A DNA stretch of 64,000 nt from Azolla caroliniana (GCA_043228905.1 JBHGNT010000012.1:1116001-1180000); one strand, 5' to 3'; positions 24,966-37,713 are shown, counted from the first letter of the stretch. Translations and numbers: made by a program. Notes: a model not told the origin generated them from the letters alone.

Positions 24966-26521
24966 CGTCCCACGAAGATCCTCACACCGATCCTGCTGCC
25001 GGCCCGAGTGCCGGCGTGAGTCCTATAAGAGAGATCGGTGGCGGCAGGAGAACGTGATCGGACGGTAGGAGGCGACGAATGACAAGGATGTATCGGGCCG
25101 GCGAGGCGGCCACGAACCAAATCGAACCTTCCGGCAAGGTCGGTGGGCATAAGGAAGTCCGGTCCTATGGGATCCCCACACTTAACCAGAGACTCCAGAC
25201 CGAGGGAGAAGGAAGGTGGCGTCGGGAAACGGGACCCGGCTACGCGGAAGACACGAGGAGAGTCCGGGAGAGACTCAAACAAAAGGCACCCGAATTTCGG
25301 CAAGCATAGAAACGGAGCCCGGTCCTACGGGACCCTCACACCGATCCGGAGAGCCCGGTTGATCGGCCAACGTGGCAACGTAAGACCGAGGGAGAAGGAA
25401 GGTGGCGGCAGGGAGCGGGACTCGACGACACGAGGTTTCGGAAGGAGCCGGTAGGGGCAAACACGGGGAGGTGTGTCAGGCCGGAAAGGCACACCTGGGA
25501 TAGAACAAGAGTCTCGCAAGTGGCCATCGCTGGGCCGGATCGAAGCATGACTACGGGATGGTGTTCGGCGCGGGCGGGGCCGAACGAAGGAAGCGGAAGA
25601 CGGCACAAGGGAGGTGTCGGGAACGAGGTGACAAGTGCCTAATGGACTACACAAGGTCGGAGTCTGGAGATGGCAAGAGAGGCCGGAGGAGGATCTTCCA
25701 CACTCGCTTCGTAGATCTCGGTAGCTCTGTCGAAGTGGCGAAGACTGACACGGCAAGCTCGGGGTGACAAGCTGGTGGGGGCGAGGGGACGACGGCAAGC
25801 GGAAGACTCAGGACCTATTGCAGTAGGACGAAGACGGGAAGGGCCAAGCGGGCTACTACGGGGTGTTCCTCGGATGCAAAGGACACCAGTATGCGGGGAG
25901 CGGCGATGCACGATCTGGCCGGAAAAGGGGCCGACAAGGCGTGCAATGAACCGGAGTACGATACCGGCAGTGCCAAACAACGGACGAGGGTATGTGGCAC
26001 ACGGAGGTGCCAGAGCGGGAAGGCGAGCGTGGATAAGACCGAAAGGGATCCTCCACACCGTTCCGGAGACCATGGCGGTTCGAGCCGACGCGACGATGTA
26101 AGACCATGGAGAAGGAAGGTGGCGGCGAGAGGACAAGGGCATACGACGGGAGCGGGGCATTCATACGGCCGAACAAGGGTCAGCCGAAGTAAGCGTACTA
26201 CGGAGATCGCGGCAGAGGACCCATCGACGAGTCGAACGAGCCTACGGGGAGGTAAGCGCGAAGGAAGAATCGAGGCCGACGGATCAAACCGGCAGCGAGC
26301 CGGGATGCGGATCACGGAAGACCGGTTTCTCACCGGCCGAAATCTCTCACCCTTCAACCGGACTTGGCACATACCGGTGGATGTGTGGTTAGGTGGGAAC
26401 GGATGTCGTGAAGAATTTCGGCCAGAGGCGGAAACCGGGAAACATTGGCTACATCGCCGGGGTGCAGCGTGTGTACGCACCCATGTACATTTAATGTGAA
26501 TAACGAGGGTGCCATTATGGC

Positions 26522-26959
26522 GCCGAAGAGTAGTCAAGTCGGGACAGACGGTCCCATGTAAGTCGGGGTTTATCCCACATTGTAACGCATCCCTGTCCTT
26601 GTTCTATAAAAGGAAGGGAACGCCCTTTGTGAAGGGGTTGCCCATTTTGCATTAGAGGGTATACCGTTAGGTTTAGAGTTAGTTTCTTCTTCTTCTTCTT
26701 CTTCTTCTTCTTCCCCCCCCTTCGTGTTCGCTTAGGGTTTGCCGAAGAGTAGTCAAGTCGGGACAGACGGTCCCATGTAAGTCGGGGTTTATCCCACATT
26801 GTAACGCATCCCTGTCCTTGTTCTATAAAAGGAAGGGAACGCCCTTTGTGAAGGGGTTGCCCATTTTGCATTAGAGGGTATATCGTTAGGTTTAGAGTTA
26901 GTTTCTTCTTCTTCTTCTTCTTCTTCTTCTTCCCCCCCCTTCGTGTTCGCTTAGGGTTT
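26522..26959 (+). repeat. ~219-bp tandem duplication in the D 3' LTR that includes the TATA box
   Basis: GCCGAAGAGTAGTC...TAGGGTTT occurs at 26522 and 26741, but only once in the 5' LTR. Confidence 0.9.
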
Positions 26960-27088
26960 GCTTCAGCTCATCTCCTGCGCAAGACCCCGCTTGGCGCGAC
27001 GAGCCCGTGAGCTCCCCGACCGGCGGCTTGGCAGCTGACAACTACTGTAACCTACCTCGGTCTGGCTCGACGCCGGGAATGTATTCTT

Positions 27089-27124
<36 letters not shown>

Positions 27125-27783
27125 TGCGTCTGTCTGTGTATATTCGCGTCTTCGTTGGTGTCGGGTGCTTCCCCTTTCCTGCATTTCCTGTACTTAAGGG
27201 TGTGAGTCGGGTTGGTGTGTGTGTGTGTGTGTGAGTGTGTGTGCGTGAGTCGGTGTTAAGCGCTCTCTCTCTCTCTCTCTCTCTCTTCGGTTGCTGCCGG
27301 TGTGCTTCTGGGATGCCTCGGAAACGGTGAAGCACGACTTCCTACGCTCCATCACTCCCTAGTCCAAGACCCCCGTGGTCCCGCCTTTCTCCATGCACAC
27401 GCGTAACAACGCGACAACGGGAGCTCAAGATCGGTGGTGGTGGTTTTCTACTGCCGGTAGAAGAGGACTGGTTTCCGAGAATGCTTGGGAAGCACGGGAA
27501 GGCTTTCGCATTCTCATTGGAGGAGATCGGGTGCGTAGAACCAAAGGTTGTGGAACCAATGGTGATCTTCAAGGCACCGCATGTGCTGTGGAATCTCAAA
27601 ATGATTCCGGTACCCAGAGCTCACATCCTGAAGCTAATGGAGCTGCTGAAACAGAAGGTGGAGATGGGCATCCTCGAACCGTCGAGTGCCCCATATTTGA
27701 ATCGGTGGTTCACGGTGCCAAAGAAGAACGACACGTTGCGCTTCATACAAGACATGTAACCGGTCAACAAGGTGACCATCCGT

Positions 27784-27972
27784 TGTCGCGTTGTTACGCG
27801 CATGCGTGGAGAAAGGCGGGACCACGGGGGTCTTGGACTAGGGAGTAATGGAGCGTAAGAAGTCGTGCTTCACCGTTTCTGGGGCATCCTAGAAGCACAC
27901 CGGAAGCAACCGAAGGGAGAGAGAGAGAGAGAGAGAGAGAGTGCGCTTAACACCGACTCACGCACACTCACT

Positions 27973-28010
<38 letters not shown>

Positions 28011-28564
28011 CCAACCCGACTCACACCCTTAAGTACAGGAAGTGCAGGAAAGGGGAAAGCACCCGACACCAACGAAGACGCGAATATACACAGACAGACG
28101 CAAATGTATATATGTATATAAAAAGAAGAATACATTCCCGGCTTCGAGTCGTTCCAAGGCAGGTTACAGTAGTCGTCAGCTGCCAAGCCGCCATCGGGGA
28201 GCTCACGGGCTCGTCACGCCGAGCGGGGTCTTGCGCAGGAGATGAGCTGAAGCAAACCCTAAGCGAACACGAAGGAGAAGAAGAAGAAGAAGAAGAAACT
28301 AACTCTAAACCTAACGGTATACCCTCTAATGCAAAATGGGCAACCCCTTCACAAAGGGCGATCCCTTCCTTTTATAGAACAAGGAGAGGGATGCGTTACA
28401 ATGTGGGATAAATCCCGACTTACATGAGATCGTCTGTCCCGACTTGACTACTCTTCGGCGCCTCGATATTCACACTAAATGTACATGGGTGCGTACACAC
28501 GCTGCACCCTGCCGATGTAGCCAATGTTCCCAGTTTCCGCCTCTGGCCGAAATTCTTCATGACA
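27784..28564 (-). mobile_element. S3: solo LTR of the D family (781 bp)
   Basis: Reverse-complement match to the D LTR, TSD CCGT. Removing it restores E RT VTIRNVGIGP. Confidence 0.92.
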
Positions 28565-31500
28565 CCGTAACGTAGGAATCGGGCCGACCATAGATGAGTT
28601 CGCGGAGGCCTTCGCTGGAAGCTCGATCTATTCGGTCAATGACTTATACTTGGGGTACGACCAGTTCCAACTAGCCGTAGAGAGCAGGGACATCACGACA
28701 ATGTGAACTCCTCTCGGCTTGGTGCGGATGTGTACCCTACCGCAAGGAGGAATGAATTCGGTGGCGCACATGGTGAACGCAATGAACAAAGTACTGAGGG
28801 ACTGCATCCCGGACATTACTATGCCGTTCCTAGACGATGTACCGATAAAGGGGTGTCCGGTGGAGGATGCAGAAGAAATGGTCGGGCCGGACGGATGCTG
28901 GAGGTTCGTCGTGAACCATATCAATGACTATGATAAGGTGCTGCAGAGGCTCGAGAGTGCGCGACTCACCTTTTCCAGAGAGAAATCAGCGTTCGGGCAG
29001 ACAGAGATCCTGGTAGTCGGACACCTGTGCGGGTCCTATGGCCGGAAACCGTCCTCGGCAAAGGTAGAAGCCATCTCCGTGATGAAGGACGATTGCGGGT
29101 CGGTTACAGAGGTCCGCAGATTCTTGGGTGCGTGCGCGTTCTACCATATTTGGATTCCGCACTACGCACATGTCGCGGAACCGCTCTATGGGCTATTGAA
29201 GAAAGGGCGTAGGTTCGAGTGGAGGACGGAGCACACGGAGTCGGTCTGGAGGCTGAAGGAGGCGCTTGTTGCGCCACCGGCTCTCCGAAAAGCGATTTAC
29301 GGCAAGGAAGTCCCCATCTACGTGACGGTGGACACGAGCCCGATCGGGATCGGGTGGGTGATTAGTCATGAGGACAAGGACGGCGTACGGTTCCCGATCT
29401 GGTTCGGGGCGAAGGTATTGAGCAAGCGGCAACAAGGATACGCCCAAGTTAAGCACAAGCTATGGGGTATCGTTTCGACAGTTAAGGTCGACAAAGACTA
29501 TCTGATTGAGACGGAAGTAATCATTGAGACGGATTGCCTGCCGATTCTCGATATGGTTTCCGGATGCGTGACGCCAGACCTGGCAATGCTCTGGTGGATA
29601 GCGTACGTCAAGTCCCTGAATCCGGAAATACGACACATTTCCAGAAAGGACAATGCCATGGCCGACATGCTTTCGAGAGCGAGGTTCGATGACGAGGACG
29701 ACATGGTTTCGAAGGACGAGGAAGTCAGCGTGGACTTCTTCGAGGCGGCTTACGTAACAAGAAAGGGGAGCACTCCAGCGCTTAACGACTTCGACGAGAG
29801 CAAGGATGAAGGGGAGTGGCTCCGAATCGGCGGGTTCCTAAAGACAATGACACCGGATGCGGCGTGGATGAAGGAGGAGACCAACCGGATTCGGAAGAAA
29901 GCGTACCGATTCTTCGTACGGGACGGGAGCATATGGAAGCACCCGAAGAAGAGAAACGGTATCCCGCTCCGAGTGGTGGCAAAGAAAGAGGAACAGGAAG
30001 AATTGTTGGCGGCATACCATGAGAGTCCCTGGGCCGGACACCGCGGGACGTGGGCCACATTCGAGAGCTGAAGGAGAAGTACTGGTGGCCGGGACTATAC
30101 CGGGACTTGCATCGGTTCGTAACGACTTGCGAAAGCTGTCAGATGCACTCCATAGTCCGACATCGAGACGAGCTTCACCCGACCTACCCTCCAACTGTCC
30201 ACTTCAAGTGGATGGTGGATCTGGTGACGATGCCGATGGGGGTAGGGTAGATGTGATATCTGGTGCTAGCTTGGGAGAACCTGACGAACGAGGTGGAAGA
30301 TCGAGCGTTGCAGAACAAAACGACTGCGGTCGTGTGGCGGTTTCTAATCGAACATGTGGTATGCCAGTACGGGTGCGTCAGTAAGATCATGGCCGACCGC
30401 GAGGAATTGGAAGCGCAAGAGGCGGAAGAGTTGTTTGACCGGCTAGGGGTTAAACTCTCGCTCACCACATTGTACAATCCGGAGGCTAACGGGAAGGTGG
30501 AACGCGGACACGAACCGATCGTCAAAGCGTTAGTACGGGTGTGTGGAGGCCAAGTCGGGAACTGGCCGTGGCTCTTACCCTATGCGATGTGGGTGGACCG
30601 GACTACGCACAGTTCGGTAACGGGGCTCATGCCGGCAGAACTGATGTACACGAAGAAGCCGATCATGCCGGTGGAACAGACGATCTCTTTGTCGGCCACA
30701 GTGGGCTGGAAGGACGAAATGAGCCGGGAAGAGTTGCTGGCGGCGCGGATATGCCAACTTGAGAGGAGGCTGGAGGACGTCGAACGGACGAAGGAGAAGC
30801 TGTGCATGACAAGGGAACAAAACAAAACCCGGTTCGACCGAACGCACGGGCTACGACTAAAGAAGATCAAGGAAGGCGACTGGGTGATGGTTTACAACAG
30901 CAGCCTCAAAAACCAGCACAAGGCGACCCGCAAATTCGCGAGGAGATGGTTCGGGCCCTACGCGGTGAAGAACGCGAACGACAACGGCACATACCATCTT
31001 GCAGAGCTCGACAAGAGACAATTGGTGATGCCGGTAGCCGGGAAGGGGATTAAAGCCGGGGCGGGGGAGCGAGAACGACAACGATCGGTTCGGGGACGGC
31101 GATAGTCCGGAGGGCGACGAGTGAACGCGAGCCAGTTTTCTCTAGTATTAGTCCCTCTCCAGCGCATACCGGTAGATGCGCGGTTTAGTGGGGGTGGATG
31201 TCGTGAAGAAAACCGGCCAGAAGCGGAATCGGCGAAGCAGGGCGCATGAACCGGGCCTACACTTTTCAACATCAATTAATACCTTGTACATAACTAGGAG
31301 TAGGACGGTGGGAGCAAAGAGACTAGATGTGACACATTGAATGTCTTGGAAATCGAAGAGTATCTCTGTCCGAAAGGACAAAGAATAAATTGATAGGAAC
31401 GAGGGTGCAACGGCCTATAAAAGGGAAGGAAGAAGGGGATGAAGGTATCATGTGTTGGGGAGCGAGGAGGAAGTGTTGTCGGACGGGGACCGAGCTCTCT

Positions 31501-31848
31501 CCTCCATCGTTCGTCATTCTCTGCAGGATTTTGGACTGAGTTGCCTCTGCTTCGTGGACAGCCCGTGTGCTTCCGGCATAGGCTCCACAATGCAGTAGGG
31601 GTTGTGTGCGTGAGTGAGCATCGTGTGTGTGTGTGTGTTCGCCTGAGTTGGGTCCGTTGCCGGCTCGCCGATTGTAATCATTATTGATTTTGTAATTAAG
31701 ACTTTGTTCTCTCTTTCTCCCTTTGTGTTTCTGCAAGCTGCTCTCTCTCTCCCTCTCTCTTCTTTCTCACGCTCCTTGGTTCAAGGCCCCTGCAGTCCCG
31801 CCTCTTTCCACACGCAAAGAGCGTAACAATTCGACAACGTTATTACGC

Positions 31849-32626
31849 TGTCGTGAAGATTTTCGTCCACGATCGGAAACATGAGCAACGAGAGCCAAAG
31901 AGCGATGTGTAACGTTGCACACGTACATAATGTATTTGTAATAATAATAGGGGTAAAGGGTATGGTGCTAGAAATGGCCCATAAGATCCCTAAGGTATAA
32001 AGGCGATGTGGTCTTGTGCGCACATCCACGCGAGGGAGAGAGAGAGAGGTACTATGCGGTACATAGGTACCTAGTTGTTTGTGTGGAGGTGGGAGTTAAG
32101 GGGGCATCAATCTCACCGTCCCCCAAATCGAGGAAAATATCCCCTTTGAATGAAAGGGGATAGTTTAGTCTCACTTTTGTAAACGGTCTTCCCTCCTTGT
32201 GCTATAAAAGGAGAGGGAAGACACCATTGTGGGGGTTGCCTATTTTGAGTGTGCGAGGTATACCACATAGGTCGAGCGTTAGGGTTAGGGTTAGGGATTC
32301 TTTATCTTTATCTTCATCTTCGTCGGTTAGGGTTTCGAGTAGTCGTTTGGTGCGGCCTATGCGGCCACCATTTTGTAATCGTTCATTTCGTTTTAATACA
32401 TCTTGTTGTTCATCTTGTCTCCATCTTCCTCTTGTTCGATCTAGTCTCTTGTTCATTCTTCTTCTTCTTGAGCAAAGCTTCCATTCCGTGTCTGATTCCT
32501 TCTCCTCTACTGCTTAGTCCAAGACCCCTGTGGTCCCGCCCTTCTCCACGCACGTGCGTAGCAACGCGACATATTTGGTGAACCCGACGTGAAGAGGCGG
32601 CAAGGGAGGAAGGAGATGGAAGGACA
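31849..32626 (+). mobile_element. F: 5' LTR (31849-32571), Trp PBS and gag start codon; remainder deleted
   Basis: TGTCGTGAAGAT...CGCGACA ends, PBS 32576-32593, ATG at 32616, then a junction to the C2 PPT. Confidence 0.88.
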
Positions 32627-33212
32627 CTATCCCCCCTTTAAAACGACGAGTGTAACGAGTCGTTTTGGATTGAGGACCCGGTTTGTCTGGATATTGACGA
32701 TGGAAGTCCTCAAGAAGAGCACGAGCATTGGTGACATTCTCTATCGGTTCCCAAGTACACTCGCTGGGACTATATCCTAGCCAATCGACTAGATAGTAGA
32801 GCTTGTTGCGAACAAGCTTGGAATCAAGGATGGCGGCAACCTCGTACTCAGGTCCATCTTCAAGCTCGATCGGGGGTGGAGGTTGTGTAATACGTCCTGG
32901 GATGGTGCTCTCTTGATAGGGTTCGAGGAGAGAACTATGAAACACCGGATGTATCCGAAGTTGTGGAGGTAGATCAAGACGAAAAGCAACATCATTAATC
33001 TTTCCTATAATACGGAAAGGACCTAATCGCCGATAATCCAACTTCTCGCATGGGCGAGTGGTCTTGATGTGTCGTCGGAGTAGCCATACCCGATCTCCAA
33101 TGTTAAAACTAGATGGGAGTCGATGACGATCCGCATAAACCTTGTGTGTTTGTTGAGCTTGTTGGAGGTGAGTAGATATATCCGCTTGTATCTTGCTTAA
33201 CCTCTCCAAACG

Positions 33213-33261
<49 letters not shown>

Positions 33262-36200
33262 AGTTGCTGTCGGTGTGCTTCTGGGATGCCCCGGAAACGA
33301 TGAAGCACGACTTCCTACGCTCCATCACTCCCTAGTCCAAGACCCCCGTGGTCCCGCCTTTCTCCACGCACGCACGTAACAACGCGACAACGTGAGGAAG
33401 TAGGCCCACCGAGCTTGACGTTGATTCAACACACGAGCATCCTGAAAGTAGGCAAGGTTCTTGTGGTCACTAAATACAGTGACCGGATGAGAGGATCCCT
33501 CCAGAAAATGCCTCCATTGCATAAAAGAATCCACTATTGCCAATAGCTCCTTATCATGAATTTCGTAGTTGATTTCGGCGGCGTCAAACTTGTGTGAGTG
33601 AAAAGCCACAGGATGTAGCTTCTCATCATTCCCCTGTTGTGACAGAATGCTCCCCAATGCAAAATCCGATGCGTCAACTTCGATAATGAATGGTTTTTCC
33701 GGATCGACATGAGCTAGAATTGGAGCCGATGTAAATGCCTTTTTAAGACTCTCGAAAGCCATGTTCGTTTCTTCAGACCAGATGAACAGTTGTCCCTTCA
33801 TGGTAAGTTGTGTGAGAGGTAGAACGATCTTTGAGTAATCTTGTATGAACTTTTGGTAAAAATTGGCAAAGCCTAGGAAGCATTGCACATCCCGCACTGA
33901 ACGCGGAGTCTACCATTCTACCACCGTTTTGACCTTCGTTGGGTCCATGGAGATGCCTTCTGATGAAATGATGTACCCGAGAAATTCCACTTGGTTGCAC
34001 CCGAAACTACATTTTTCCAGCTTTGCATACAGACCATGTTCTCGAAGTCGTTTTAGTACTAATAGTACATGAGAATCATGTTCTTCTTGGGTCTTTGAAT
34101 AAACCAGTAGATCATCCAAATAGATGATCAAACAATCATCCAATAGATCTCGGAATATATCATTAGCCATGTGCTGGAAGACTTCCGGCGCATTAGTGAG
34201 GCCGAACGGCATGACCGTATACTCGAAGTGCCCATATCTGGTGCGAAACGCAGTCTTCCATTCGTCTCCTGGTCGGATCCGTACGAGGTTATATGCTCCC
34301 CGTAAGTCGATCTTCGTGAAGAACCTGGCACCATTGATCCGTTCTAAAAGACTTGAGATAAGGGGAAGAGCATACCTATTCCTGATTGTAACCTTATTCA
34401 AGCCACGGTAATCTACAACGAGACGAAGCGATCCATCCTTTTTCTTGACGAAGAAAATGGGCGCGCCAGCTGGAGATTTCGAATGCCGAATGAAACCATT
34501 TTCCAAATTCTCCTCTATATAGGCTCGAAGGACTTCCAGCTCGGTTGGTGACAAATTGTAGATCGGTCCCCATGGCGGCAATCGTACGGTCGATGATGAG
34601 GAAGTGTGTTGGCTTGTACTTTCCCGGTTGTAAATCGATGGGGCAATCGTACGGTCGATGATGAGGAAGTGTGTTGGCTTGTACTTTATCGAACACATCG
34701 ACGTAATGACGATACTTCTCGGGAAGTTGAACGGTGGATTCTTCTTTAGTGGTGTTGGAGGGGTTTACTGATATTGCAAAGAGGAACATTTCTTCCTTGC
34801 GCCCTTCTTTACGCAACTGACATAGCGAAATGGTTGCCATCTTCTGAGTTGACCCTTGGGTTTGTCGACACCGGATTTCTCTTGTTCTCCCATCTATGTC
34901 TGGGTTATGGAACTCGAACCACGGTAATCCTAAAACTATGGGATGTTTTGGGATACTAATAATATTAAATGATACTACACATGCTAAGTTATCTAGGACA
35001 ATATTAATGGGCTCTGATTCTTCTATGATATTTCCGGAAGCAATGGGACGTCCATCAATGACTACTACAGAGGCTGGACACTGGAGTTTTCTTAGGGATA
35101 TCTTATGAGCTTGAGCAAATTTCTTATCCATAAAGCAAGAGTTAGCTCCGGAATCTAGGAGTGCTAGGACATGTACTGGAGGGGTACTTTTAGTACTAAC
35201 TATAACGAACACATCACTAACTTGCTTAGAGGGAATGGAACCACTAATGGGCTGCACAAATCTAGGGCTGTCCAACCAAACGGCTCCTATTTTGGCTGGA
35301 CTTAGTCGTTTAACTCTTCTTCTAACTGACTAAGGACATCAAATCTGTTCACTAGATCTGGGCTATTAGTACTATTAAGACTATCAGATATCCCTACTAA
35401 AATAGGCTCGGGTTTAGTACAATTAGAACTAGCGACTATTTGGTTTACCTATCGTCTTGGTCTATGGGGGCAATTTATTGCAATATGTCCTGGTCCACCG
35501 CAGTAAAGACATAGTCGATTTGTACGGCGTCGCTGCTTTTCTTCTTCGCATAATGGCCCTCGACGACGTGTAGTGTCAATCTCCATCGGAGTCGGAGTAT
35601 TCGCTGGAGGCGCATTATATGACTCCCTCGGAAAAGGTCTTGATACCACTGAGGCGTAGGTGGGCTCTGATCTTGCCCTCGGCATTTGTAGCTGTCGTTC
35701 CGAACGTCGCTCAAAGAGGTGGTTGTCACATCTCACCGCGCGACTGATTGCTTCTGTTAAGGACTTTGGCTCTTCGGTGAAGGTCAAGAGTAAATCCTTG
35801 ACGTCGTTGCGTAAACCATAACGGAATTGCTCCATCAACGCTTGATCATCCCAAGGGATATCGGCGGTGAGTAGGCGAAAATCTGCAGCGTATGCAAAGG
35901 CTGGACGGTCACCTTGGCGTAATCGCCGAATTTTGTTGATTGCGGTCCTGATGTTGTCAGTATCTCCGAAACATGCTTTAAACTCACCTAGAAACTCTTC
36001 AAAATTGTTGAGTAACGGAGATTCCTTTTCTAATAGTGGAGCGAACCATGCCAATACTGAGCCACTTAACAAAGTGCCTACTAAACCCACTCGTGATGCA
36101 TCGGTGGGATATCGGGAAGGATGCATTTGAATAACTAATCGTACCTGGTTAAGGAACCCTCTAAACTGCGATCGCGTTCCATCGAACTTTGTGGGAAGGC

Positions 36201-36934
36201 CAATCTTGGGTTCTTTATGAATCCCTTGTTGTTGCATCGCTACGATGGTGGCTTCGAGTTGTTGCACGCGTAACGCAAGTTCCCCATGTTGTTGTTGCGT
36301 TTGCTGCTTTTCTAAGGAGATTTGCTGAAGATTCCCCAACAACCGTTGGTTTTCTTGTTCCAAAGCATGGAACTTCTCTTTCAAGCATTGAAATTCCGAA
36401 AAAACAGATTGATATTCTTCAGCGCTAACAGTGGCCATGGGATGAAAGAAAAGAGGAATAAGAGATTAGTAGGAAATGAGAGAGACAGAAGGTAGGAAAT
36501 CGGTTCAAACTGTCAGAAACAATACTAAGACAGAGAAGGAATTAGTACTAAAAGAAGTATTAGTACTAAGAGAGGCGAAGAACTCTCGAGAGAAGGAAAG
36601 AGTGAGTGAGAGGGAGGGAGAGAGAGAGAGAGAGAGAGTGATGATAAGAAAAGATATATATTATGTGAAGAAAATGTACAGTAGCTAGGAGGCTTAAGAT
36701 TGGCATTGAACTGATTTGGTTCGAAATAATGCCTTGTGCCTCCTTTTATAGTGTTCTAAGGAATACTCCTGAAGTTTCTAGAATGTTCCAGAGAAATCTG
36801 GAATATACATCAATTTTCTATAATAAAACATAAATGAAAATAATATTCTACATATTACAATGTATAGTCTAATGGTCAAGAGCTCGACCCATGTAGGATA
36901 AGGTCATGGGTTCGAGTCTTGCCATATCATGACA
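32623..36934 (-). mobile_element. C2: Tcn1-like chromovirus lacking its 3' LTR and integrase core
   Basis: 5' LTR 36511-36934; gag 36438-35302 (CLYCGGPGHIAINC, one internal stop); PR LLDSGA; RT YLDD; RNase H; chromodomain YEVAAILDS..YLVDWLGY at ~32700-32850; PPT 32627-32638. Confidence 0.9.
33217..33389 (+). mobile_element. L: 3' fragment of a D-family LTR inside C2
   Basis: (CT)n, U5 motif, ends ...AACGCGACA followed by ACGT; left side deleted. Confidence 0.85.
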
Positions 36935-37713
36935 TCTGCCATCTGGACAACAGTCTCTATCCTCTGTTAGGGTTTCGGTGCCATCTATGTGCGTGCGTGG
37001 GTGGTGTGCTCAGTTGTGGCGGGCAGCGTGCGGACTGTCTGCGCCTTTCCTGTGTTCCTGCTTGTTGTTTCTCCGTACTCCACGGTCCGGCACGTTTGTG
37101 TGTGTGTGGGTGTTGGCTTATGTGGCTTGTGAAGGGCCCGCGCGCTAGGTGGTTCGTTGACAGGTTTCCCTCCTTGGCGTGCAAGACCCAACTCGGTTCA
37201 GTAAGCCCGTGCGCTCCCTTAAGGTGGCTTGGCACAGGAGGTGGTCGTCACGCGAACGAGCCTGGGAGCTCCCCGGCCGGCCCTAGGATGCAAGCTCCCT
37301 CTTCCTCTCTATGTGGAACTGGCGCCACAGCAAGCGTCGCGTGTGTGTGTGTGTGTTTTCGGGTAGCGTAGGATACGAGACAGGGTGCGTGCGTGGTCAC
37401 TAGTGTAGAGGTGTCGGTCATAACCAGGTGTGGATATGTGTGTGTGCGTATGCGCGGGCGCGGTTAACCGGGCCGTGCCCCGTGCCTCTTTTGCGCCCCT
37501 TGTACATACGGGCGAAAGGGGCAGCAAGGACGAGGGCGAGCTCTCTCGCTTCCTGTGAGGTTACCGGCTGCGTCCGGAGAGTATCCGGGATCGAACCGGC
37601 CGGCAACGCGGCAAGCTCTGGAGGATTCGGGTTCTCGGCAACTCCTCCCCTCCTAGTCCATGACCTCGACGGTCCCGCCCAGATCCGACATGCAAGTGCG
37701 GATTACCGCAACA
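36935..37713 (+). mobile_element. K: partial Trp-group LTR (host of C2, inserted in C4)
   Basis: U5 motif CTAGTCCATGACC...GGTCCCGCC and end CCGCAACA followed by ACGT; (TG)n tracts. Confidence 0.7.

Larger units (their letters stand above)
21925..27416 (+). mobile_element. Element D: non-autonomous (gag-only) Trp-primed LTR element
   Basis: LTRs 21925-22726 and 26404-27416, TSD ACGG, PBS 22731-22748, PPT-like tract ~26387-26403. No PR, RT or INT motifs seen internally. Removing it restores E pol ITLRELKIGGGGF. Confidence 0.92.
17884..31836 (+). mobile_element. Element E: decayed full-length Ty3/gypsy of the Trp-primed group, carrying S2, D and S3
   Basis: LTRs 17884-18532 and 31199-31836, TSD GCGT/ACGT. 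Gag-PR at 18566-21412 (CMWCDAIGHIWKEC, ALVDHGSEINMM). Pol pieces at ~21403-21924, 27421-27783 and 28569-~31100 are homologous to A pol (FLDD). PPT just before 31199. Confidence 0.92.
17876..31848 (-). mobile_element. G: 16-bp stub of a Trp-group LTR end (17876-17883 plus 31841-31848), split by E and then F
   Basis: Rejoined it reads TGTCGCGTTATTACGC, matching the LTR end TGTCGCGTTGTTACGC at 27784 and similar to the one at 20397. Confidence 0.6.

Noticed and set aside
23000-26500. Many overlapping 60-240 aa ORFs on both strands in D
   Set aside because: Expected in GC-rich repetitive DNA; no domain motifs beyond the Gag-like ORF.
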